From IMG/VR virus record IMGVR_UViG_3300013121_000036, positions 32,001 to 96,000 of that record: a DNA stretch of 64,000 bases; one strand, 5' to 3'. This stretch comes from a virus (taxonomy: Duplodnaviria; Caudoviricetes). The notes below the pieces were generated by a model, which made no database searches, was not told where the DNA came from, and worked only from the letters and a program-made list of their open reading frames with translations. The translations under genes and the position numbers were made by a program. This document shows, piece by piece, positions 29,143 to 38,598 of the stretch; the first letter of the stretch is position 1; each line of letters opens with the position of its first letter.

Positions 29143-29868
29143 ATGGCCAAGCTGACCAACATCCGTGAGCGCGTTCAACAGCCCTTCCGCGATGCGCTCG
29201 TGCGCACCTCGGGCCTCTATGCCGGCACCCTTCAGGACAGGACCAACCTGTTCTCGAACGGCACCAACAAGGACGTCGGGTCCACCAACTTGCCCTCGGG
29301 CAACCAGCTCCCCAGCGACAACAGCATGATCGTGCTGGCGCTGCGCGTGTTCACGTGGTTCCGCCAGAGCATCCTGCGCGGCGAAGCCAACAACGGCGAC
29401 GTGAGCGACTTCCCCAACGGCGCCGGCGAGATCGGTGAGAACAACGTCCTCGGCGCCACCGAGGACGTGTACCGCCTCTACTGGCAGAGCCAGGAGCAGC
29501 TTTTCTGGACCTTCGGCGCTGGCGGCAAGCCCAGCATCGAGCTGATGCCCTCGGCCTACTTCCCCTACGGCGGCGGCCTCCCCGGCGACCTGGGTGGGGC
29601 GTCGGACATCATCAACCTCTACAACGGCGACGCCGGGCACGATCACGTGCTGAAGCTCGCTCGCGCCATCCTCCTGGTGCCGCGCCAGTCGATCAAGTGC
29701 GAGGCCGTCATCCAGGCGCTCCCCGACGGTGGTCAGGCGACCACGTTCGGCACCACCCAGGGCAGCCGCAACATGCTGTCGCTGACCGCCAACCTCAACG
29801 CGGTCGACGCCATCCAGAAGGTGATCACGTTCACCTTCGACGGCCTCTTCTCGCGCGACGTGCAGTTA
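29143..29868 (+). CDS. putative major capsid protein (single jelly-roll type); ends at TTA
   Basis: strong codon bias; QPFRD...LFSN...TNL..GNQLP...FTFDGLFSRDVQ beta-rich pattern; hairpin-rich sequence follows the TTA. Confidence 0.65.
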
Positions 29869-30011
29869 CCTGCACTCACCCCGCTTCGGCGGGAGCCCTC
29901 GACCAGCTCGGGGGCCCACTCAGCTCCGCCCTTTGACCGAGGGCTGGCGGCGCCGAGTGGGTCTTCGAGCTGGTCTCGTTTCTGGGACCCCAGCTCAGGA
30001 GTACGAGCACC

Positions 30012-31187
30012 ATGATGCAAGATCCGAACATCCAAGCCCTGATCAACAACGTCAACCGTCAGAACGCATTCCTGCGGCAGCTCAGCGACAAGACCGTGGC
30101 CAGCGAGGAGGCCGCGAAGCGAGCACTGAACCAGCTCGAAGGCATGAAGAGCGTCATGTCGCGACTGAGCATCGGTGGCGGCGGTGGCGTGAGCCGGTTC
30201 GGCTCGAACGCCCCCATGGGCAAGGGACCGAGCGGCAAGTGGGTGTCGCTCGACGAGATCCCCGGCCGCCGCATCCCCTACGACTTCCACGTCAGCATCC
30301 TCATCCGAAACGGTGAGGCGAGCGAGACGAGCGGAACGCTGTACGTCACCCCCGACGGCCCGTTCGTGGCGACGGCGCGGTACGCCATCTTCCAGTCGGC
30401 GCACCAGTTCCGCTACTCGTCGGAGAGCGGCGTGTCGACCTTCAGCGGTCGCTCGTATGGCCGTTTCCGCCCCATCCACTCTGCCAACGACATCATGGAC
30501 GCGCAGAGGGCCTTCGAGCAGCTCTCGATGTACCAGCCCTCGTACGTCGGAGCCACGCTCAATCCGGCCGGCAACGCAATCGTCCCCGTCCCCAACCCCG
30601 CTGCCGTTCATGTCGGCAACGGTGGCGGCGCCGGCACCGCGACGTCGGACCAGTCGAACCTGCTCCCCAACTTCCCCGGCAACGGCGCTCCGATCTACAC
30701 GTCGCCGCTGTCCATGGCAGCTTTCCGCACGATGCAGTTCGACGGCCGGTTCGTCGTCGCGGTGAAAGGGTCGCAGTTCCAACGTGCGGAGGACCCGAGC
30801 GGCGTCCCTTCGACGTTCTGGGCAACCAGGGGCAGCGATCCGTTCCCCCTGGCGTGCGAGGACATCTTCGACCCGGGCGAGACCATCGAGATCAAGGTTC
30901 GCCCGAACCATCCGAACAACCCCCAGTTCGGCAACATCTCTGGCCTGATGTATCAGGGCAACGACTTCACGTTCACTCCCGCCACGGCATCGTCTGCCAA
31001 CAACCCCGCCCCCGTCGGCCCGTTCCCCTTCCTGTCGGGCCAGTTTGACGGGCACGAGGGCATCAACGACCGATCTGTTCAGGGGGACTCGACCAGCACG
31101 ACGGATCGGGTGAGCCGCGCCGAAGACGGAATCCTGATCATCGGGTTCCTCGGCTACCGCATCCTGCCCCCGCCTGGCGTCTACTGA
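30012..31187 (+). CDS. putative second jelly-roll capsid protein with N-terminal coiled coil
   Basis: AGGAG RBS; DGPFVA...FDPGETIEIKV...IIGFLGYRI. Confidence 0.55.
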   Translation: MMQDPNIQALINNVNRQNAFLRQLSDKTVASEEAAKRALNQLEGMKSVMSRLSIGGGGGVSRFGSNAPMGKGPSGKWVSLDEIPGRRIPYDFHVSILIRNGEASETSGTLYVTPDGPFVATARYAIFQSAHQFRYSSESGVSTFSGRSYGRFRPIHSANDIMDAQRAFEQLSMYQPSYVGATLNPAGNAIVPVPNPAAVHVGNGGGAGTATSDQSNLLPNFPGNGAPIYTSPLSMAAFRTMQFDGRFVVAVKGSQFQRAEDPSGVPSTFWATRGSDPFPLACEDIFDPGETIEIKVRPNHPNNPQFGNISGLMYQGNDFTFTPATASSANNPAPVGPFPFLSGQFDGHEGINDRSVQGDSTSTTDRVSRAEDGILIIGFLGYRILPPPGVY

Positions 31188-31231
31188 GCCAGAAGTTTAC
31201 CGCTCTTCGCGGTGGCAAGGTAGAGTAAGGC

Positions 31232-31966
31232 ATGACGCAGAGTGCAGCGTGGCCTCCGAACCGAACCCCACCTCAGGTGGCTGGCGCTGGCGGAAGCGTC
31301 GCCGGGAAGGTTGTCCTCCCCGGCGGCGCTCTGTATCAGATATCACAGCACCCTGCCGTGGAGACGTTCGAGCGCCAGTACAGGGTGCTCGCCGAGGACT
31401 CCATGTTCTCGCCAGAGCTGAGCCCGCAGAGGCCGTTCACGTTTGAAATAGGATCGTACAGAGTGCCCAACAGCATGGCGCTCGCTCTGTACGATTACGA
31501 GTTCACGGCTGGGGCTTTCAGCGGCGTTTCGGCTGGCAACACCGTGCCGCTCGAAGAGGGCTCGTTCTCGACGGTGTGGGGATTTGATATCACCATCAAC
31601 GAGTCTCGCAACGTGAACGCCACGTACGAGCTGGATCCTGTTCCCATCGTTGGGGGCAAGCGAGCCTACCAGGAGCCGACCGTCACGACGACGAGGTCTC
31701 CTGTCCAGCAGTTCGACATCGACGCTTCGAACTCTTTCGCGGCTGCTGGTGCTTCGGCAAGGGCAACTCTGCCGTTTCGAACGAACAGGTCTGGGCCTCG
31801 GCAAGGGCCGTGGACGCAGGTCGCCCCGCAGGGGTCTTCAGTCAGCGTCAAGTGCATCATCTTCCAGCCTCTCCCGCAGCCCATCCCGTATGTCCAGGCG
31901 TGCATCAGGGGCTACCTGATGCCGGTGACTGTTCTGGACATCTTCATGAAGAACATCCAGCCCTGA
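31232..31966 (+). CDS. putative minor jelly-roll/vertex protein
   Basis: SYRVPNSMALALYDYEF...ACIRGYLMP. Confidence 0.5.
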   Translation: MTQSAAWPPNRTPPQVAGAGGSVAGKVVLPGGALYQISQHPAVETFERQYRVLAEDSMFSPELSPQRPFTFEIGSYRVPNSMALALYDYEFTAGAFSGVSAGNTVPLEEGSFSTVWGFDITINESRNVNATYELDPVPIVGGKRAYQEPTVTTTRSPVQQFDIDASNSFAAAGASARATLPFRTNRSGPRQGPWTQVAPQGSSVSVKCIIFQPLPQPIPYVQACIRGYLMPVTVLDIFMKNIQP

Positions 31967-32072
31967 AGCGAACTCCCGTGGCCAAGACGCCTCACGACTC
32001 TCCTCGACACGCCCGGCGAACCCAAAAATTGCCGGTGTCCCACAACCTGCCGCGACAGGGAGGGTGGTCGTG

Positions 32073-32795
32073 ATGCGCCTCGGCTACGGGAGCCCATGCT
32101 TGGGTTACGAAGGTGTAGGGGCAGTGGCCCCGCAGCGGTTCGTGGACGGTCTGTGGAGCACATACAGCCCACCAGGAGGGATGTTCTCGTCAAAAGACCT
32201 GAACATGCTCCAGATAGCCTTGCCGGCCGGCACGGTCGGGACGCCGTCGAGACTGATGGCTATCGCGAAGCTGGTCGGTCAGTGGACGGCTACTCCCGCA
32301 GGAATGCCGTGGCAGATAGTGGCCGCATACCTGCAAGAACAGGGTGGTCAGGACATTGTCCAGATAGTGGTCTCCTGGTACGAGACCAAGATGTTTGGGC
32401 GAGATGCCGCCTGGGGAGAGATTGTTGACTCTATCCAGAAGCACATCAAGGAAAACACGGGTGTTGAGGCGTTGGCCATCGAGTGGTTTCGCATCACACC
32501 ACCAGACTCGTCTTTCTGGATCGCAAGCGACGGCAGCCTGAACTTCATCCCGCTGTGGTACCAGACGAAGGACGGTTCCATTCCGGGCCCGACACAGGCA
32601 ACTGTTTCACCAAGCCAGTTCCAACTGCGGCGAGGCACTGACGCTTCCGACCCGAGGGGTGGCGAAGCGTTCTTGCCATCGTCAACGGACGCAGCAGAAG
32701 CAGGGATAGACGTTTCTTGGGTCCTCGTGGCAGTGGTTGCTACGATAGGAGTGGCTGCCATCGCCTACGCCGGCAGCGGAGGCTTCGGAAGATGA
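32073..32795 (+). CDS. virion membrane protein
   Basis: GVG motif, C-terminal TM. Confidence 0.65.
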   Translation: MRLGYGSPCLGYEGVGAVAPQRFVDGLWSTYSPPGGMFSSKDLNMLQIALPAGTVGTPSRLMAIAKLVGQWTATPAGMPWQIVAAYLQEQGGQDIVQIVVSWYETKMFGRDAAWGEIVDSIQKHIKENTGVEALAIEWFRITPPDSSFWIASDGSLNFIPLWYQTKDGSIPGPTQATVSPSQFQLRRGTDASDPRGGEAFLPSSTDAAEAGIDVSWVLVAVVATIGVAAIAYAGSGGFGR

Positions 32796-33406
32796 GCTAC
32801 ATCACCATATCCAACGCCATCGGCGCTCTCGGCGCGCTCCCCAGCTTGAAGCTGGGCGATAGCTGGCAGTGCGGCTTCAGCGTTGACCCCAACAACAACG
32901 CTCAGGTCTCCGCCGCCACTTCGGTGCTGCGACAGGCGGCCAGGGACGTCGGCATCTCGGTCGCGTCCGGCGGCAACTGGACCACGGCCGAAAAGGCTGC
33001 CATCAACTCGTGGGCTCAGGGCCAGGGAGCCACGGTCAACTACCCCAACGCCTTCCTCATCAGGGGCGGCCCGTGCGCAGCTCTACGAGCAGCACTCGAT
33101 GCCGCGAACGCGCCTCCTCCTCCGGTGGTCGTCGACAGCCCCCCTCCCCCCACAGGCACGGTCGTCATCGGTCAGCCCACGCAGACCTACCAGCCTTCCC
33201 CGCAGAACGTCACCACGGGCTACCCTGCACCTCCGACCATCCCGCCGGCTCCCCCGCCGCAGGACAAGGGCTTCGTTGACATGATGATGGATCTTCCCCT
33301 CGCGGCGAAGATCGGCATCGGTGCCGGCGTCCTCCTCCTCGTCGGCCTGGGGGTCTACGCGGCCACTTCGGAACCAGAGGCTGCTGCCGCGCCAGCAAAG
33401 GCGTGA
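32792..33406 (+). CDS. Pro-rich virion membrane protein
   Basis: IGALGA, Pro linker, C-terminal TM. Confidence 0.65.
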   Translation: MSYITISNAIGALGALPSLKLGDSWQCGFSVDPNNNAQVSAATSVLRQAARDVGISVASGGNWTTAEKAAINSWAQGQGATVNYPNAFLIRGGPCAALRAALDAANAPPPPVVVDSPPPPTGTVVIGQPTQTYQPSPQNVTTGYPAPPTIPPAPPPQDKGFVDMMMDLPLAAKIGIGAGVLLLVGLGVYAATSEPEAAAAPAKA

Positions 33407-33409
33407 CCC

Positions 33410-33655
33410 ATGCTGCCTGAGCTTCTCGCCGGAGCCGCCATCTACGCCGTACAGAACCCCAAGGACGCCTACGACAAGACGTACGAGACGGCCGCCAGGG
33501 TCTTCGGCGTGTCTGCCGACGACCTGTCGGCCGTGCGCCAGGCAGGCGGATACCCCGCTTGGATCTGGATAGCGGTTGGCGCGATGCTAGGTGTCGGCGC
33601 ATACGTCAGGCTGCGACAAGAACACGGCGACAAGTTGCCAGACTGGATGAAGTGA
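33410..33655 (+). CDS. small membrane protein
   Basis: one TM helix. Confidence 0.6.
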   Translation: MLPELLAGAAIYAVQNPKDAYDKTYETAARVFGVSADDLSAVRQAGGYPAWIWIAVGAMLGVGAYVRLRQEHGDKLPDWMK

Positions 33656-33657
33656 AC

Positions 33658-34536
33658 ATGAGCTACCACCTCGCATCGGGCCAGCCCGCCATCCCCAAGT
33701 ACGTCGACCTCAACTGGTCGGGGTATCGCCCCCTCGACGGCTTGTCGGGGACCAACCCGAGCTGCGGGTGCCCCTTCGACGGCCTCGGGACGGACGGTTC
33801 TGCTGGGCCGAAGTACATGTTCGTTCCACAAGGCGTCCAGATCATCCCGCCGAACGACCCCAGGCTGGTCGGGCGTGGTCTCATCACGAGGACGTACAAG
33901 TACCCGGAAGTGCCTGTCATCACCGACTTCTGCGCCGCGATGGGCGTTTCGGTCGACGACGGCAAGGGGGCCTTCCCGAACAACCTCTCCGGGCTCGTCA
34001 AGGCCATCGTCGACTCGGGCCGCTTCGTCGTCGTCACGTTCGACGATCCGATCTGTCCGCTGACTCCTCAGTCGGTCTCGGGGCTTGGTGCGATTCAAGC
34101 GCAAATCACCATGACCACGCCCAAGTACACCAGCGTCATGCAGGGCTCGATGCCGCAGGTGTCATACAAGCCTCCCGTGCTCCAGACCAAGATCGCCTCG
34201 GTCGTGTCTTCGGCGGGCGTCAAGACCACGCAACTGTCCTTGCCAACGGCGCAGATCAAGCCCGTTGTCGGGGCGAACGTCATCATGAGGGAAGGTGGTC
34301 CGGCGGCGAACAAGACCGTCCGCTACATGGGCCTCACGCCCGACGAGTTCAGAAAGACCGTCGGCAACAAGACCTTCTTCACCCTCTACCTGCCGTTCGG
34401 CGTGCCTTCGACCGTCGGGTTCTGGTCGCAGCTCGGCCTCGGGCCAGGGCAGACCGCCTCGGCATCGAGTGATGGTCTGATGTGGGCAGCCCTCGCGGCC
34501 CTTGTGGTCGGCGGCGCCTACATGGCGATGCGGTGA
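33658..34536 (+). CDS. virion membrane protein
   Basis: GLSG/GLG motifs, C-terminal TM. Confidence 0.65.
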   Translation: MSYHLASGQPAIPKYVDLNWSGYRPLDGLSGTNPSCGCPFDGLGTDGSAGPKYMFVPQGVQIIPPNDPRLVGRGLITRTYKYPEVPVITDFCAAMGVSVDDGKGAFPNNLSGLVKAIVDSGRFVVVTFDDPICPLTPQSVSGLGAIQAQITMTTPKYTSVMQGSMPQVSYKPPVLQTKIASVVSSAGVKTTQLSLPTAQIKPVVGANVIMREGGPAANKTVRYMGLTPDEFRKTVGNKTFFTLYLPFGVPSTVGFWSQLGLGPGQTASASSDGLMWAALAALVVGGAYMAMR

Positions 34537-34661
34537 CCGAGCAACAGAGCAGGATCGTCCTCCTGGCCATCTGCGCGATCGGGGTGGCCGGAGTCATTTA
34601 CGCGGCAACGAATAGCCGTGGCCTTGCGGTCCTGAGCCTGGTACCTCTGATCCCACCGTGA
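34533..34661 (+). CDS. 42-aa membrane peptide (below ORF-track cutoff)
   Basis: GTGA overlaps at both ends; hydrophobic. Confidence 0.55.
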   Translation: MTEQQSRIVLLAICAIGVAGVIYAATNSRGLAVLSLVPLIPP

Positions 34662-35224
34662 GCATCCTCGACGACTTTCTCGGTGCCGTGAAGTCGCAGA
34701 CGGCCGGCATCGGGTCCGTACTAGGCGATGTCGTCATTCCATGGGCCCAGCGCTTCGCCACGCAGGCCCCTCCTGCTCTCAGCGCTGTCTACTCGCTGCG
34801 AAGGCAATGCGAGGCGGCAAACGTCAGGGGAGGGGTGGCTGGCCCATGCTCCGCTGTTGCGAGCTGCCAATGCGCCTGCTGCGGGAGGCTCACCTGCATG
34901 GGGCACGCCTTCGTGTCCTATCGAGGCGACGCGGTGTGCTGGCACTGCGTCTCGGAGATAGGCCGAAGGGCGAGGCAGGAAACGCCACGGGAGCCACCAA
35001 GGCCACCTCCCAGGCCGCCTCCGGTCGACCTCTCGGAGCACTACGCCGTGTTGGGTCTTTCCCCAGGAGCATCCTGGGAAGATGTCGAGGCGGCGTACAA
35101 GAAGCTGCTGCGCAAGAATCACCCGGACAGGTTCCGCACCAAGGAAGCGAAGGACAAGGCGGAGACCAGATTCAAGGCCGTGCGCGTTGCCTACGACGCG
35201 CTCAAGGCGGGCCTCGGCAAGTGA
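34658..35224 (+). CDS. Zn-finger plus C-terminal DnaJ-domain protein
   Basis: YAVLGL...AYKKLLRKNHPD...FKAVRVAYDAL. Confidence 0.85.
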   Translation: MSILDDFLGAVKSQTAGIGSVLGDVVIPWAQRFATQAPPALSAVYSLRRQCEAANVRGGVAGPCSAVASCQCACCGRLTCMGHAFVSYRGDAVCWHCVSEIGRRARQETPREPPRPPPRPPPVDLSEHYAVLGLSPGASWEDVEAAYKKLLRKNHPDRFRTKEAKDKAETRFKAVRVAYDALKAGLGK

Positions 35225-35249
35225 CGATGGACGGTGCTAGAATCTGCAC

Positions 35250-35480
35250 ATGCGCAGGTTGCACAGTGTTGCTCTTCTCGTCCTTGCTCTCTCCGGGTGC
35301 TCCGCCCTCAGCCGCGTCCCCACGAAGGAAGGGTGCCAGGTTGTCGATGCCGTCCACAAGGCGTGCGTCCTCCTGCGCTTCATCGACCCCGAGACGGGCC
35401 GTGAGACAGAGGTCTCGCTGACGCCAGAGGAAGCGTCCAGGTTCGGCGCCAGCATCGCCGCTGCGAAGCGCGGGAAGTGA
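35250..35480 (+). CDS. putative lipoprotein
   Basis: signal peptide with lipobox LALSGC. Confidence 0.6.
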   Translation: MRRLHSVALLVLALSGCSALSRVPTKEGCQVVDAVHKACVLLRFIDPETGRETEVSLTPEEASRFGASIAAAKRGK

Positions 35481-36367
35481 GCCGGAGAATGCCCGCCATG
35501 GATCAAAATCTGAAACGAAGGGACTGGCCATACTCCAGAGCGAAGCCGTATTACGCGACCGCTGAGTGGATTCTGTTCGAAATACCGACTGGTCTTGAAA
35601 CAGATTTTGTGCCCACGGTATCCCTCGTCGAGGGGATGAGCGTTGATTCGTCTGACATGTCAAGTGTCGAGGCGGAGCTGCGGTTGAATGGTCTCATGTT
35701 TGATCCGGGCTATATGGTCCGCCCGTTTCATGAGATAGGTGAGACGAAGGCACCGTATACGTCCGAAATCGTCGGCTTCACCGTCGGTACCGTTTACCGC
35801 GGCAAGTTGGAGCGGCTCGAAGCGCATCCAAACAACATGTTCTTCACCGAGCGAGACAACGTCTTCCTGGCCATCGTGTACGCCTCTGCCAAGCCCACAT
35901 GGTACTGGGAGAGGAACTCGAAGTACGGGTACGAAGAGGGCAAGTTGCCTGGCCCAGACGAGTTCGTTGTTGTTGCCGACGTTGTGGAGTTCAAGTGGAA
36001 GTCGTACCCGCTGCTGCTGGAAAGGGTGAACAATTTCTTTCCGGCATCGCCACTCCTTGCCGGCGGCGTGTTCGACAGCAGGGCCGAGGCGAAAAGCTGG
36101 AGTGACAGGGTAGCAAGGGCGTTTGCCGCCAGAGCGAATGACATTGCTAGAACATCTAGGATTGGATCGGCAAATCCCAAAACGTGGGACTATTTCGCGT
36201 CTGAAGTTTTGCCAACCGCCGAAAGGTACGTGCTGCACACCAAGAAGGGGGCCTTCGAGCAAGACGTGCCTTTGAAGTACAGCAGGCATATCAAGGTCGA
36301 CCCGAAGAACCTGATGAGGTACCTGATGGAGCACGAGGAACAAAGTCTCATCCCTCGGGACGGGTGA
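35477..36367 (+). CDS. hypothetical protein (paralogue A)
   Basis: DWPYSR.KPY, YEEGKLP, FDS..EA..WS, ERYVLHT shared with next gene. Confidence 0.75.
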   Translation: MSRRMPAMDQNLKRRDWPYSRAKPYYATAEWILFEIPTGLETDFVPTVSLVEGMSVDSSDMSSVEAELRLNGLMFDPGYMVRPFHEIGETKAPYTSEIVGFTVGTVYRGKLERLEAHPNNMFFTERDNVFLAIVYASAKPTWYWERNSKYGYEEGKLPGPDEFVVVADVVEFKWKSYPLLLERVNNFFPASPLLAGGVFDSRAEAKSWSDRVARAFAARANDIARTSRIGSANPKTWDYFASEVLPTAERYVLHTKKGAFEQDVPLKYSRHIKVDPKNLMRYLMEHEEQSLIPRDG

Positions 36368-36374
36368 CGTTGCC

Positions 36375-37238
36375 ATGGCCAAGAAGCAGCCAACAAGGGC
36401 CAGGTCGATCACGTTCGATGACTGGCCGTATTCGAGGCACAAGCCGTACGCTGCCGTCGTCGAGTGGCCTTGCTTCAGCCGTGACCTGTGGCTTGGCAAG
36501 AGCATCGGCGACATTCCCAACGCCTTTCTCTTCGACTGCTTCAAGTTGGACGCTTCGGCGACGTCGGCCAGCGAACGCATGGCGCAAGAGCTTGGTGGAA
36601 AGTACAGCCCCGCCGCACTCGTCTTCGCCGGACTGTCACTGCCGATGCCAGATGGCGAATCCAAGAGTTCTCGCATGGTCGTCGGAGCCCCAAAGGGGCA
36701 CCTGATAGACGACTTTTTCATGAACGTGACCGATCTCGACGAGATCATGTTCACGGAGAAGGACAACCTGTTCATTTCCTTCTCGTACTACTCAAGGAAG
36801 CAGTCGTGGTACCACGAGAGGAACAGCTCCTCCAGGTGGTCGTACGAAGAAGGAAAGTTGCCAGACGCTCCAACTCCGGTGGTGGCATCCAGCGTTATAA
36901 ACCTCAGCTTCGCATCACTCTCTTCGCTCGCCGGGGACATCGGCGAGCGACCAGCTTTCTCTCACGCTGTTGCGAGCGGCATCTTCGACAGCAAGAGAGA
37001 AGCAGAGGCTTGGTCGAAGAGGGTGAGTGTGGCCTTCGCCAAGGAGGCCGAGGACGCCCCGAAAGGAGACGACCTTGACGCCTGGGATAACTTCTGCTCA
37101 GGCGTGATGCCGGACCATGAGAGGTACGTGCTGCACACCATGAAAGCGGACCTCCGTGGTTCGAGAAGGATTCACTTCGACAGAACCGTCAAGGTGGACC
37201 CCATGAAGCTGATGAGGCTGGTTGGAGATGTGATGTTA
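36375..37238 (+). CDS. hypothetical protein (paralogue B); ends at TTA
   Basis: aligns with paralogue A up to KVDP..LMR; TTA then ATG 2 nt later. Confidence 0.75.
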
Positions 37239-37240
37239 CC

Positions 37241-37964
37241 ATGGCCAAACTTCTTGCCATCGCTGGGTTCGGGGACGAAACGCTGCCGCCAGGGACCCCG
37301 TCTGGGGTGCGAGACCTCACTCTGGAGCAGAAGCGAGCCATTTTCGACGGCTGGGGGACTGTGCTTGTCCTGAGCCTTCTTGCGGGCGCCTCCCTGTACT
37401 GGTGGTATTCTGGCGAGAAAGAGGACAGGGGACGATGACCAGCTCGCACTGGGCCGACAGGTTCGAGGCTTCAGCTTCTGCCATGGACGAGGCACAAGTG
37501 GATCCGCGCGTGCACCCGCTCTTGAGGAAGGCTTGTATCGAGGCGATGCTCGCCGTCGCCAAAGAGCTGCGGGAAGAGGCGAGAGCGGAAGGAGACGATT
37601 CATGACACCCCAGCAAGCCCTTTCAACTGCGCTCCAGCTCCCCTACTTCGGCGTGCGGCAGCACCTGCGGTCACACGGCATCGGCGACATCGTCGATGAC
37701 CAGATCCAAGACCTCAGCGCCAGAGTGGTCGACAACGCCTGGCCCGTGGCGCGAGATCGCATCATCTCCGACATACCAGCCCTCGTTGAGACGGCGGCCT
37801 ACCACCTGAAGCCGAGGCTGAAAGAAGCGGCCGTGGAGGTTGCCCAAGACCTCTCCGTGCAGCAGGCAATTGGCGCCGCGAAGCAGCAGGCCCTGCTCGT
37901 CGCCGCCGGAGCTTGTCTGGGCACGGCCGTCCTGACGTGGGCCCTTGTCAAGTACGTCGGTTGA
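37241..37964 (+). CDS. three small genes (37241-37438, 37435-37605, 37602-37964), two with C-terminal TM
   Basis: ATGA overlaps; GFGD and GIGD motifs. Confidence 0.6.
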
Positions 37965-37997
37965 CACGCCCCTGTGTCGGCGGTAGCCTCGGCATCC

Positions 37998-38597
37998 ATG
38001 AGCGATGATGGATCCGGCAAGGTCAAGCCGTTCGAGCCTGGGGACAAGATCGTAGGATTCGTGGCTGGGGGAGGGGCGGCTCCATCGACGTCAGAGGAAC
38101 GCGAGATCGCCTTCTGGAAGGCGGACGCTGAGCGACGCCGAGCGGAACAAGACAGGGAGAGGGAGCTTGCTCAAAGGGGCGGAGCCAGGCGCCAGACCCT
38201 CGACCTCGGGTCGCCGACGATGCACCCAGTCGTTGTGATGAAGATCACGATCGCGGGTCACGATGAGTACGCCCAGTGCGACGTGGTCAACATGTCCACG
38301 GACGGCAAGATGGACCTCGCTCTCGTCGTGCCGTGCCCCGGATGCCTCCGACGAGGGTACTCGACCGATCAGGCGCAGATCCACATCAAGCAGAGCCACC
38401 GCAAGTGGAGTCTCGACCGACGACACGAAGGCAAGCTGTGGGTGGACCCGGAGACGGGGCAGGCGTACCGACTGGCCGGCAAGCCTGTGGGCGAAGAAAC
38501 ATACATTTGCTCGCGGTGCAGGTTCGCCTTCGTCATCGACGACCGAGCGGACACGGGCCACGAGGGTGTCTCTTGGATGCGTCCGGTGAGGGCATTA
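37998..38597 (+). CDS. Zn-ribbon hypothetical protein (ends at TTA)
   Basis: promoter TTGACA-17-TAGCCT at 37961; CPGC...CSRC; TTA-C-ATG junction. Confidence 0.65.
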
Positions 38598-38598
38598 C

